The translations under genes were made by a program, and so were the position numbers. From a virus (lineage: Duplodnaviria > Heunggongvirae > Uroviricota > Caudoviricetes), in the IMG/VR virus record IMGVR_UViG_3300025000_000058: a stretch of DNA of 64,000 nucleotides; one strand, written 5' to 3'. Below, in pieces: positions 46,652-55,846 of the stretch. Numbering within the stretch: the first letter of the stretch is position 1; every line of letters begins with the position of its first letter. The notes beneath the pieces were generated by a model. The model saw only the letters and a list, made by a program, of their open reading frames with translations. It did no database searches and was not told the DNA's origin.

Positions 46652-46981
46652 TTATACTATATCATCATAATCAATACTTCCTTTACTGCTTACTGTAGCT
46701 TTCAAAGTCTTTTTAGGTGTTTTCTTAAACTTCATTAATAAATCATCTTGTTGTTTTTCTTTTCTTTTTCTTTTAGTTTTTGGTTTTAACAATGATACTA
46801 CTGTCAATCCATCGAGCATTTCTCTTAATCCAACTAAATATATTGTCATACCTAAACCTAATTCAAATACTTCTATGGTTAATTTATCATATTGTACTTG
46901 TGTTATTATTCCTACGCAAACTTTATATGTTTCAAATTCATCAGATTTTCCAAGTGTAGTTTTATATTCAACTTGTACCAC
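46652..46981 (-). CDS. hypothetical protein
   Basis: 109-aa ORF. Confidence 0.4.
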   Translation of the reverse strand: MVQVEYKTTLGKSDEFETYKVCVGIITQVQYDKLTIEVFELGLGMTIYLVGLREMLDGLTVVSLLKPKTKRKRKEKQQDDLLMKFKKTPKKTLKATVSSKGSIDYDDIV

Positions 46982-47061
46982 ACTATACCGATTTTATAAA
47001 AATTTTTACAAAATGTTGGTGTTTTAGCTACTCCTTCAATAATTCTACCATTAATTTTCAT

Positions 47062-47406
47062 TTATTTATCCTCCTTCTTTTTCCTTGGTTTTCTTTTCTT
47101 TTTACTACTATCTACTACAACGCCATCAAATCTTTGTACTTCTTTGCAATTTGCTTCTTCTCTATAATGACATTGATCACATATCCCTGCATTTTTCTTC
47201 GGTGGATTAAAACAAACATTTAATGGATATTTTGGTTTTCTATTTAATATTTTTCGACCACCAACAATTATATATTCTTCTTCTATTTGTTTTGTTTCAG
47301 TTTGAGTTTGAGTTTGAGTTTGAGTTTGAGTTTGAGTTTGAGTTTGAGTTTGAGTTTGAGTTTGATTATCCACTCCTTCTATATTTAATATTTTATCATT
47401 ACTCAT
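47062..47406 (-). CDS. protein with (QT)n repeat and C-terminal zinc knuckle
   Basis: QTQTQTQTQTQTQTQTQTQTQ is encoded by a GTTTGA hexamer tandem repeat. CDQCHY...C. Confidence 0.45.
   Translation of the reverse strand: MSNDKILNIEGVDNQTQTQTQTQTQTQTQTQTQTQTETKQIEEEYIIVGGRKILNRKPKYPLNVCFNPPKKNAGICDQCHYREEANCKEVQRFDGVVVDSSKKKRKPRKKKEDK
47299..47364. repeat. (GTTTGA)n hexanucleotide tandem repeat, about 11 copies, inside CDS
   Basis: Direct reading of 47299-47364. Confidence 0.9.
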
Positions 47407-47503
47407 ATAATTTCTAATCTCCCGTCTGTATCTTTATATAGTATAACTTAATATTTTATATTTGTCAAGAATAAATTTAAAAACAATTTTATTATTATGT
47501 ATA

Positions 47504-47875
47504 TTACTTTGTTTTAATTTTTTTAGATTTAATATTTTCAAATTTTTTACTGAAACATTTACTAAATAGTTCTACATTATCTACTGAACAATCTATACAA
47601 ATTCCATTCATCCCATCAGGATTACCAAATCCTGAACATTCTTTCTTCTTTTCTAATTTCTTTTCTTTATTATTGAGTATTTTATATTCTACTTCGATTT
47701 TTGTGTCTACATGATCCATAAACATAAATGGGTCATCTTTAATGCAAGATATATCAAATTGAACCGCTTCTTCTATTGTTTTACAATCTTCCATTCCTTG
47801 CATATTTTGATAATCTTTTAAATCAATTTCATATGCTCTTTTTATATATACTGTGAATTCTACTTTTTTCTTCAT
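47504..47875 (-). CDS. hypothetical protein
   Basis: 123-aa ORF. Confidence 0.4.
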   Translation of the reverse strand: MKKKVEFTVYIKRAYEIDLKDYQNMQGMEDCKTIEEAVQFDISCIKDDPFMFMDHVDTKIEVEYKILNNKEKKLEKKKECSGFGNPDGMNGICIDCSVDNVELFSKCFSKKFENIKSKKIKTK

Positions 47876-47877
47876 AA

Positions 47878-48129
47878 TTATTTTATCTCCTTATATGTAA
47901 GCCATCCTTTAGGATAACAACGTCTTATTACTCTTAAACCAATTATACTTTGTATCTGATGTATTCCGTCAACAAATTCTTGCAACTCATTTGGATGTTG
48001 TAATTCTAGTTTTAATATTTCTTTATGACAATCTGATAATTTATCCATTATTAATTGTTCTTGTTCAGTTAATCCCATTATATTTTCTTCTTGTGATATA
48101 ATATTCTCTGCGTTTATTTTATCCCACAT
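47878..48129 (-). CDS. hypothetical protein
   Basis: 83-aa ORF. Confidence 0.4.
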   Translation of the reverse strand: MWDKINAENIISQEENIMGLTEQEQLIMDKLSDCHKEILKLELQHPNELQEFVDGIHQIQSIIGLRVIRRCYPKGWLTYKEIK

Positions 48130-48177
48130 TTATATTATTCTCCTTTAATCTAAATAAGCTTAACATATTATTACCTC

Positions 48178-48837
48178 CTAATATTTATATAACCATTTCC
48201 ACCAACCAGTATTACTTGCCATATTTAAACATTCCCATTTACATTTATCATATTGTCCTTTTATATTTACATGATAATGACCAAAATAGTATTTTCTTAT
48301 ACTCGGATACATTTCTAATATTCTTGACAATGCAACTCTACTACAATCTTTATGTTTTTGAGTATCTTTGAATCTATCTCCTAAATCAAATTCTAATGGA
48401 CATGTATGTGATATTACGATATCTATTTTTGTATTTGTTGAGGGAAGATTCTCAAAATCTTTTTGCGATATAACTTCTTGCGGAAACCAGTCTACTCCAA
48501 TTGTTCTTGTATTTTTATCAATTGATTCAGCACCACCCATAAACAGTACAACTTTCCCATTGGGAAGAGTTAATGTAGAACCACGTTTCATATAAAATAT
48601 ATTTGGTGCAATTTCATTATTTGTAAGAGTATTTAAATAATCATGGTGTTCATGATTTCCATCTGCAAAATATATTTTACAATCACCGTTTTTAATTTTA
48701 TCTAAAGAACATTCTTTATGATATGGCCATATTCCAAAGTCTCCACATTGTAATATAATATCTGGTTTTTTCTTATTTATTAAAGTATTTAATTTATTCC
48801 ATTCTGCATGAATATCTCCAACAATTATTAATTTCAT
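48178..48837 (-). CDS. calcineurin-like metallophosphoesterase
   Basis: MKLIIVGDIHAEW (motif I GDxHG), QCGDFG (GDxxDRG-like) and GNHEHHD (GNHE). Confidence 0.75.
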   Translation of the reverse strand: MKLIIVGDIHAEWNKLNTLINKKKPDIILQCGDFGIWPYHKECSLDKIKNGDCKIYFADGNHEHHDYLNTLTNNEIAPNIFYMKRGSTLTLPNGKVVLFMGGAESIDKNTRTIGVDWFPQEVISQKDFENLPSTNTKIDIVISHTCPLEFDLGDRFKDTQKHKDCSRVALSRILEMYPSIRKYYFGHYHVNIKGQYDKCKWECLNMASNTGWWKWLYKY

Positions 48838-48853
48838 TTATTCATTTCTCCTT

Positions 48854-49444
48854 TTAATTAAATAATTCATAATTATTTTCTAATTTTCCATCTCCAACAA
48901 TAAATATTTTACTTCCACAATCATATAAACAATCACTAATTTCTTTTATATTTAAAGATATAATATAATCATAATAACTACTTTTTACCCTTATAAATCT
49001 CATTGTTTCATATCCTCTTTTTATCCTAATTACTAAATTATAAAATTTATAAGCTTCTCTAATAACAATTGCATTGTCATTCATTTTTAATCTTTTAATT
49101 TTCTTTTGAATAAAATTGAATTGTTTTCTATTTTCTTTAATATCTTCATCATCCCAATATTTTGTTTTCTTAAAATCTGCTCCATCAACATCAATAACTC
49201 TAATAGCATCAAAATGGTAAGGAAAATTTTTATCATAACCTTTACATGTTTCACAAAAATGACTTGTGATAAATAAATCATTTATTCCCCATTGAGTATA
49301 TAGCTCTTGATATATTTTATTAATAATACTTAATGGAATTTTCTTTTTTGTTGAAGTTTCAATATTATACCCATAATTTTTACCTGCATAATCAACAAAC
49401 CATTTTATAAACTTATTAAAGTATATTCTTTCAAATCTTGTCAT
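48854..49444 (-). CDS. hypothetical protein
   Basis: 196-aa ORF lying between the phosphatase and the ligase-like gene. Confidence 0.4.
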   Translation of the reverse strand: MTRFERIYFNKFIKWFVDYAGKNYGYNIETSTKKKIPLSIINKIYQELYTQWGINDLFITSHFCETCKGYDKNFPYHFDAIRVIDVDGADFKKTKYWDDEDIKENRKQFNFIQKKIKRLKMNDNAIVIREAYKFYNLVIRIKRGYETMRFIRVKSSYYDYIISLNIKEISDCLYDCGSKIFIVGDGKLENNYELFN

Positions 49445-49567
49445 TGTTTTTACTCTCCTTTTTATTTGATTTATTAAGTAATTTTTAATTCATTTTTAAT
49501 TAAAGCATTATTTTTCCAATGAATATCTGTTTGCACATGATTTTTTCTAACATACTTAACAACTGAT

Positions 49568-50119
49568 TTATAAAAAATCATCTACAATAAAACTGTCTTT
49601 TATTCTAATTACATATCCTTCTTGTAAGCCACCGCATTTACTTATCCCTGTAAACAAGTTTTTAATAATATCTATATTATATATTCCTTCATACAAAATA
49701 GGAACAGTTTGTAAATTTAATAATTCACACCATTCTAATGTTTCTTCCCACGACAAACAACAATCATTTTCCCATATTGAAAATACTAATAAATATGATA
49801 GCAATTCATTATAACGAATACTATGCTTAGCATATAAATTTTCACCACAAACTCTATAATTTTCAGGTATATCATGTTTTATTATGCTATGTAGTTTTTT
49901 AATTGCATGTTGTGATATATGATTTTTACTGTTTATTGAACGAGCATGGTAATAATTAAAATATAAATTTGTATTTTCACCATCCATTTTTTCTGTTACT
50001 ACAATCTCTTTGTTATAAAAATTAGATAAATCATATAATACTTTATCATCAGATGATATTCCTTCTGACCAAGGTAAATGTAATGTTCTAGGATATTTAT
50101 ATAGTTTCATAATGCTCAT
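49568..50119 (-). CDS. RNA-ligase-like covalent nucleotidyltransferase (minimal, NTase domain only)
   Basis: YKYPRTLHL followed by VVTEKMDGEN (motif I KxDGxN) and GLQEGYVIRIKD (motif IV EGYV plus K). 183 aa. Confidence 0.5.
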   Translation of the reverse strand: MSIMKLYKYPRTLHLPWSEGISSDDKVLYDLSNFYNKEIVVTEKMDGENTNLYFNYYHARSINSKNHISQHAIKKLHSIIKHDIPENYRVCGENLYAKHSIRYNELLSYLLVFSIWENDCCLSWEETLEWCELLNLQTVPILYEGIYNIDIIKNLFTGISKCGGLQEGYVIRIKDSFIVDDFL

Positions 50120-50122
50120 TCC

Positions 50123-50485
50123 TTATTCTTTTTTACTTTTACACTCATATTCAACACATTTCCCTAATCTTCTACTTATAATCTCTCTTAAAAACTTTTG
50201 CTCCCAATCCATAAACCCAATTGGGTGCTTTGTTAATTCACAATATTTATTCACAGCTATTTCATGCTCATTAAATATAAAACATATTTCATCAATAGAC
50301 AATTCACCTCTGGATACTAGCACTCTTAGTGCTTGAATGATATTATTTGTTGATACTTTTATAATTATATCTCTATTATTTTGTTCAATTTTCTTTTTAT
50401 ATTGGTCTATTATAAACTGTGCATTTTCAAGAAGATTAAAATCTGAATATGGATTACCTTGTTCACAATATATAATTTTTAGCAT
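50123..50485 (-). CDS. hypothetical protein
   Basis: 120-aa ORF. Confidence 0.4.
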   Translation of the reverse strand: MLKIIYCEQGNPYSDFNLLENAQFIIDQYKKKIEQNNRDIIIKVSTNNIIQALRVLVSRGELSIDEICFIFNEHEIAVNKYCELTKHPIGFMDWEQKFLREIISRRLGKCVEYECKSKKE

Positions 50486-50502
50486 AATTTTTTATCTCCT
50501 TT

Positions 50503-51444
50503 TTAAAAATTAACATAATCTCCACCATTTTCTATTTTACTTTGCAATGGCTTATAATATCTTTCTATTGTTGTATTTATATTACTATGTCCTACAAAAC
50601 GCTGAACTACTTCAATTGGTGCTTTATTCATTAGCATCTGAGTAACACACGTTTTCCTAAGTGTATGAGGACTAACATCTTCAATTTCAACTTTTTTACA
50701 CCACTTCTTTAATATTTTAGACACATTATCCGCTGTCATTGGAAATAATAAATCATTTGATACTCCAAACTCTCCTCTCTTATCAAAATAATCCTTTAAC
50801 AATTTCATTAATTCTGTATTTACTTTTATACTTCTTGCTTTTCTTCCTTTGGCTTTAACAATGGTTAAATAATAACAGCCAATCATTTCATCATAATTAA
50901 AATCATTCATTCTAACATTAATCATTTCACTTCTTCGGAGTCCAAAATTCAATAAACATTTAATAAGTAAATATTCTGATTGTTTATTTCCTTGTTTAAC
51001 CATATCTAATAACTTTTCAACTTCTTCTTTACTCAAAGCTCTGCCAGAATCAACATCATTCTTATCAAGATTTAAAAACATATGTTCTTTAACAACTTCA
51101 TTTCCAAAAGGATTTATTTTAACATCATTATTAATTGCCATTGTGTATTTATAAAATGAATTTAAAGTTGAAATACGATTTCTTATTGTGTTACTGCTTG
51201 CCCCTTTGTCAACCATCTCATTAATAAAATTTTCTATATTTAAGATACCAATTTCTTTAACCATATCAATTGTAATGTGTTCAAGATGATTTACTTTAAA
51301 AAATACCTTTAGTGTTTGAGAATATGATCTTTTTGTTTCAGCACTTTTAAATCTGTTAATGAATCTTCCTCCAATATCTTGATTTATTTTATCTTGATTT
51401 AATGTAATAACTTTGTTTAAGGCTGTATTCATTTGTGTTTGCAT
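50503..51444 (-). CDS. int: tyrosine recombinase/integrase
   Basis: Catalytic box GLRRSE...HTLRKTCVTQ...VGHSNINTTIERYY carries the R..H-x-x-R..Y signature. 313 aa. Confidence 0.85.
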   Translation of the reverse strand: MQTQMNTALNKVITLNQDKINQDIGGRFINRFKSAETKRSYSQTLKVFFKVNHLEHITIDMVKEIGILNIENFINEMVDKGASSNTIRNRISTLNSFYKYTMAINNDVKINPFGNEVVKEHMFLNLDKNDVDSGRALSKEEVEKLLDMVKQGNKQSEYLLIKCLLNFGLRRSEMINVRMNDFNYDEMIGCYYLTIVKAKGRKARSIKVNTELMKLLKDYFDKRGEFGVSNDLLFPMTADNVSKILKKWCKKVEIEDVSPHTLRKTCVTQMLMNKAPIEVVQRFVGHSNINTTIERYYKPLQSKIENGGDYVNF

Positions 51445-51461
51445 TTATAAAACCTCCATTC

Positions 51462-52232
51462 TTAAAATACATATCTATCTATATAATTTCTATCTTGAGT
51501 AAATATAGGAATTTCCTTATCTATAATCCATCTAGTTCTCATTGTACCTTCTTTGTCATATTGTTCTTTAATAACACAACTACCACGTTTCTGATAGGCA
51601 GGAAAATCATTAAAATTAATACCTTTCTCTTGAAAAAGCATTTCTTGTATTTGATTACAATTTTTATTTTGTAATTGTTTATGACTAAACTTTGCACTGC
51701 CAACCATTTGAATAGCATTTCTTGTAGCGTCTTGTTGTCTCCAAATAAATGCGTTGCATACTTCTTCTTTTGGAATATTAAATACTCTTGAATCAAATAA
51801 AGCGGTGTTAAATCTTTTTTGATAAATATCAACATAATCTGATATATCTTCTAAATCAATTTCATCATATATATTTCTAAATATTTTATTAAATGCTAAT
51901 GTTGCCATACTAGCAGACACAGATACCATTTTTTGTACATTATAATTAAACCATCCTTGTGTTTCAATTGTATCATAATCTGTCATTAACAATGTTATTT
52001 CATCACTCTGAGTATATGCTAATTTACAACCTTGTATGTTTTCGCATAAATACTTTGCTGTCTCTTGCATTGTAGCAATCATAATTTCATCAAATGGCTT
52101 TTGAAATCCTTTAGTAAATGTGTGAAATGACTTTCCATCAATTCTTACTAGCACTGGTACATTATTTAATATATAATTTCTATTTACATTTTCATAATTT
52201 TTCATGCGACTTCCAAGTGCATCATTTTTCAT
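51462..52232 (-). CDS. Thg1-like tRNA-His guanylyltransferase family 3'-5' nucleotidyltransferase
   Basis: VPVLVRIDGKSFHTFTKGFQKPFDE and AYTQSDEITLL match the Thg1 palm-domain motifs (RxDGxxFxxF, SDE). Confidence 0.8.
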   Translation of the reverse strand: MKNDALGSRMKNYENVNRNYILNNVPVLVRIDGKSFHTFTKGFQKPFDEIMIATMQETAKYLCENIQGCKLAYTQSDEITLLMTDYDTIETQGWFNYNVQKMVSVSASMATLAFNKIFRNIYDEIDLEDISDYVDIYQKRFNTALFDSRVFNIPKEEVCNAFIWRQQDATRNAIQMVGSAKFSHKQLQNKNCNQIQEMLFQEKGINFNDFPAYQKRGSCVIKEQYDKEGTMRTRWIIDKEIPIFTQDRNYIDRYVF

Positions 52233-52247
52233 TTTAATTTCCCTCCA

Positions 52248-52487
52248 TTAATTTATATTTTCAATTTCTATATCTTTATTACATTGTTTACATTTTACTT
52301 TAAATACTGCACCAACTGCATCATAACAACCCATACAGCCATCCCATATAATATGACAATCAATATTAAAACCAATACTTTTATCATCGTTTATTTCATA
52401 TAAATCATATTTATCTAAATCTTTATCAATTGTGATTCTATTTCCACAGTCACATTCAATTATAATTTTCAATATTTTTACCTCCAA
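52248..52487 (-). CDS. zinc-ribbon protein
   Basis: CDCGN...CKQCN. 79 aa. Confidence 0.4.
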   Translation of the reverse strand: MEVKILKIIIECDCGNRITIDKDLDKYDLYEINDDKSIGFNIDCHIIWDGCMGCYDAVGAVFKVKCKQCNKDIEIENIN

Positions 52488-52671
52488 AGTTTTAATATTT
52501 TGTTATTCTATTATTATACCATATTTTTCTGAGTATTGCAAGCATTATTTTATCAATAGACGGCTTGATATTTTGTCACTGTCAATTTATTATTGATAAT
52601 TATAGCATATGTTGTTATCGAATGCAATATGTTATTTTTCATAATTCAAATCATAATTTTAAATCAAAAAA

Positions 52672-52698
52672 TAACTTCCTTATTATAATAAGGAAGTT
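52672..52698. terminator. perfect 11-bp-arm hairpin in divergent control region (bidirectional insulator/terminator-like)
   Basis: AACTTCCTTAT-tataa-TAAGGAAGTT. A T-run follows on the minus-strand side. Confidence 0.4.
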
Positions 52699-52940
52699 TT
52701 AAAATAAAATTATATGAGAGGTCGCTTTAATAATAGCAAGTTAATCATGAGAAAGCTAATTCACTGAAGCCTTCAACAATTAAAATTGGTTAATAGTATT
52801 TTGTCCGACTCCAAAGAAGTTTATGCATTTTATATTATATAGGAAGAGATAGGATTTTATCTGTTTTTAATATAGGGGGTATTGTGTTTTTGTTAATGGT
52901 CGGGCGTAAGCGTAGTTAAGGATTATTTATTATATAATAG

Positions 52941-52969
52941 TTGACAATGATAAAATATTATGCTATAAT
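52941..52969 (+). promoter_or_regulatory. strong sigma-A-type promoter with extended -10 (TTGACA-17-TGcTATAAT)
   Basis: TTGACA at 52941-52946 and TATAAT at 52964-52969. The spacer contains the conserved AAAATATTATG. Confidence 0.7.
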
Positions 52970-53046
52970 AAGTAAAATATAATTATATAAAAAGGAGAGA
53001 GATAAAAGAGCATTGATGAAATTATTAAAAAAGAACACCTACAACA

Positions 53047-53229
53047 TTGGTTAAAGATTTAGTTAACCATAATTTTGTAAAAAATATTGAAGCAGAATTA
53101 GAATTTACCTTAAATAATTATAATTTAGTTGTTATTGAATCTAGTGACTATACAGAATGCCATAATGATTACGAAGTTATAAGAAAAACATTAATAATAA
53201 TGGAGGCGATTAAAAATGAATATAAATAG
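53047..53229 (+). CDS. hypothetical small protein (TTG start, weak support)
   Basis: 60-aa ORF with no clear RBS. Confidence 0.25.
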   Translation: MVKDLVNHNFVKNIEAELEFTLNNYNLVVIESSDYTECHNDYEVIRKTLIIMEAIKNEYK

Positions 53230-53773
53230 ATCAATGGTTAATATTGGTGATGAAATTAATGCAAAATATGATAAAATTACTGGTATCACAGAAGGTAAAC
53301 ATTATAAAATATTAGGATATGGTAATTATTATGATACAGTATACATTACTGACGACAAAGGAAATGAAGAAGAATATACATTAAAACATTTTGATATGAT
53401 AATTAAAAATAAAAACAATAAGGATGGTGCTGATAAAATGAATAAAAGATACTTAATAATTTTGTCCTCATATTGCATGAAGGGAGGATATGTACATAAT
53501 GAAATTTATAAATCTGATTATGTTGATGATGATACTTTAGAAGCTTTAAAACATCATTATAATAAGAATAAACCTCCTTATACTATCAATCTTGAAAAAG
53601 GGAAAATTGAAATTATAGATATAAGGTATATTGATAATAATAAAATCACAGATGCTACAACATGTATTAATGAATATAATAATGATGCTGTATTAAATGA
53701 AAAAAGAAAACTTGAACAAGAAGAAAGAAAAGAATTGGCAAGATTAAAGAAAAAATATGAAGGAGTTGAATAA
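53216..53773 (+). CDS. hypothetical protein
   Basis: 185 aa with GGAGG 9 nt upstream of the ATG. Confidence 0.5.
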   Translation: MNINRSMVNIGDEINAKYDKITGITEGKHYKILGYGNYYDTVYITDDKGNEEEYTLKHFDMIIKNKNNKDGADKMNKRYLIILSSYCMKGGYVHNEIYKSDYVDDDTLEALKHHYNKNKPPYTINLEKGKIEIIDIRYIDNNKITDATTCINEYNNDAVLNEKRKLEQEERKELARLKKKYEGVE

Positions 53774-54012
53774 TAATAAGTACTGCGATAGACAGTGCAG
53801 ATGAATTAATTAAAATTCAAAAAATAAATATTGCTGATGAAATAATTGAATTACTAAAAAATAAGAAATTCAGAACAAATATTTATAGAGACAATTCAGC
53901 AGAGTTGTCTATTGAATTAACAATTGAATTATTAGAGTTTACTATTTTAAAAATTAAGAATAGAGTAAACGCACAAAATATAAATGAATTGTTTTAGGAG
54001 GATAGTTTTATA

Positions 54013-54186
54013 ATGCGGAAAGCAAAATTTCAAGGATGGATTATTTTTGATGAAGATGAATGTAATCATGGAGATGATATAATTTCTCAAATTGAGCATG
54101 AATTATACAATGTTGATGGGGCAATTGAATGGGATTTACAGGAATTTAGTAATGAGAAGGTTGAGATAGCAAGTGAGGATATATAA
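54013..54186 (+). CDS. hypothetical small acidic protein (57 aa)
   Basis: ATG at 54013 with GGAGG RBS. Not in the ORF track. Confidence 0.35.
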   Translation: MRKAKFQGWIIFDEDECNHGDDIISQIEHELYNVDGAIEWDLQEFSNEKVEIASEDI

Positions 54187-54211
54187 AAAAAGTAGCAAAT
54201 AAATATTTATC

Positions 54212-54240
54212 TTGACAAATTTAAAATATTATGGTATAAT
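54212..54240 (+). promoter_or_regulatory. strong promoter TTGACA-17-TGgTATAAT
   Basis: TTGACA at 54212-54217 and TATAAT at 54235-54240. Same AAAATATTATG spacer core. Confidence 0.7.
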
Positions 54241-54275
54241 GATATTCTGATAGTAAATAAAGGAGGTTATATTTT

Positions 54276-54416
54276 ATGAAAAAGTTTTTATTACCTTTAA
54301 CAGAAGAAATGCATTTAAAATTAAAGAAATTAGCACTTGATAAAGGAATAAGTTTAAAAGCATTGTTAACAAAAGCAATTGAAGAAAAATATAGTGCAGA
54401 ATTAAAAAAGTATTAA
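54276..54416 (+). CDS. ribbon-helix-helix (CopG/Arc-like) DNA-binding protein, 46 aa
   Basis: MKKFLLPLTEEMHLKLKKLALDKGISLKALLTKAIEE. AGGAGG 8 nt upstream. Directly downstream of the promoter at 54212. Confidence 0.55.
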   Translation: MKKFLLPLTEEMHLKLKKLALDKGISLKALLTKAIEEKYSAELKKY

Positions 54417-54516
54417 TGTAATTTTGTTAATATAAGTATTTTTCTTCAATAATAAGAAAGGAGTTGTTTATTATGGAAATAAGAATTATAGACGTTTAAG
54501 CAGGGAGTGAATTTAG

Positions 54517-55332
54517 TTGATTATTCCTAATGTAAATAAAGAAGTAGAGGATAGTGCAAGTTGGATACCAATAGCAAATGATTTAATAAATGAAAATTGG
54601 ATTCCTGTCTTACACAATAAAGGTGTTAAAGAAAGTGGAATTGGTGTTTTAGGATTATCGTTACTATGTCAATTAATGATATTAGCAGATAAAAAAGATT
54701 ATTGTTACATTACTTTAACAATGCTAAAAGACATTATGGATTTAGATGAGCATATAAGAACGGTCAAGGAATATATAGATTTATTAGAAAAACAAAATTA
54801 CATAAAAATTACTAATGTAACTGAAGAAAAAAAAGAAACTCCAATAAATAAAAATACAACATTAAAAATAGACATTCCATATAAGATATGGTCTTTAGAT
54901 AAAACATTAAATAAAAATGGTTATTTTAGAATGCCTGTTGATGCATTTAAAATGTTTAAAAAATTGAAACATTATGGGTGGAGTATCTTGTGTATGCTAT
55001 GTGTTAGATATAATATTAAATATAAATACGCATATCCTACTTATGACCAAATTGAAAAAGCATTAGGAATATCAGATAAAACAGTTCATGAATATTTGGA
55101 AATTTTAATTAAAGAAAGGGCAATTGCAATTTGGAATGGGAAAAGAACTTTAATAGAAGAAGATGAGAATGGTAAAAAATCAAATAGAAAAGAAAATAAT
55201 AAATATAAAATTAGTTTTATTTTAAAATATTATGAAATATTTAAAAAAAATGAAGAAAAGTATAGTAGTTCAAAAACAACAACAGCAAATAAAAGGCAAA
55301 AAACTTCTTCGGATTTCCGAAGACAACTGTAG
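54517..55332 (+). CDS. DnaD-N/RepA-like wHTH replication-initiator-like protein
   Basis: YPTYDQIEKALGISDKTVHEYLEILIKERAI is a wHTH typical of replisome-organizer/initiator N-terminal domains. Paralogous to 59658-60272. Confidence 0.4.
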   Translation: MIIPNVNKEVEDSASWIPIANDLINENWIPVLHNKGVKESGIGVLGLSLLCQLMILADKKDYCYITLTMLKDIMDLDEHIRTVKEYIDLLEKQNYIKITNVTEEKKETPINKNTTLKIDIPYKIWSLDKTLNKNGYFRMPVDAFKMFKKLKHYGWSILCMLCVRYNIKYKYAYPTYDQIEKALGISDKTVHEYLEILIKERAIAIWNGKRTLIEEDENGKKSNRKENNKYKISFILKYYEIFKKNEEKYSSSKTTTANKRQKTSSDFRRQL

Positions 55333-55387
55333 TTTTATTCTTTATAATTTAATTTTAATCTGTATATAATTATAATCTGTATATACC

Positions 55388-55480
55388 GCTCTCAGGTCTC
55401 AAAACGGGAGCTGGCTCAGATCTCAGGTCTCAAAACGGGAGCTGAGTCGGAAAATTTTCAGTCTCAGGTCTCAAAAGTGG
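55388..55480. repeat. three direct 24-bp GC-rich repeats (TCTCAGGTCTCAAAACGGGAGCTG), iteron-like
   Basis: Copies start at about 55388, 55417 and 55456. Located 55 bp downstream of the initiator-like gene. Confidence 0.6.
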
Positions 55481-55589
55481 AAATGAGAACGGTGACTGTC
55501 AGAATGCGGGTTACAGGGTTTTTTATAATAAACTTTGACAATTTTAGATTTATTTATAAATAAGTAAAATAAAAAAGGAGATAATAAAT

Positions 55590-55802
55590 ATGGCAAAAAT
55601 ATTTTGTTGTGATAACTGTAATAGTATAGATTTGAATAAAATTGGAGAAGAAAAAAGAAACCAACATAGAACTGAAGAAAGTGGTTGGTTTGGTCTTGGT
55701 GGGAGTTGGAGTACGATGTATTATTCACATTATAATTTATATGGCAAATATAAATGTAATAAATGCGGTTATGAATTTGATGAATTAGAATATAGCTGTT
55801 AG
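55590..55802 (+). CDS. zinc-ribbon protein
   Basis: CCDNCNS...CNKCG. 70 aa. GGAG RBS. Confidence 0.45.
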   Translation: MAKIFCCDNCNSIDLNKIGEEKRNQHRTEESGWFGLGGSWSTMYYSHYNLYGKYKCNKCGYEFDELEYSC

Positions 55803-55846
55803 AAGTAACGGTTCTATAAATTTAAAATATTAATCTTGTTAAAGGA

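Noticed and set aside
55388-55480. Possible mini-CRISPR array (three 24-bp direct repeats)
   Set aside because: Only three repeats with 5-15 bp gaps rather than spacers of about 30 bp. There are no cas genes and no leader. The position fits iterons next to an initiator gene instead.
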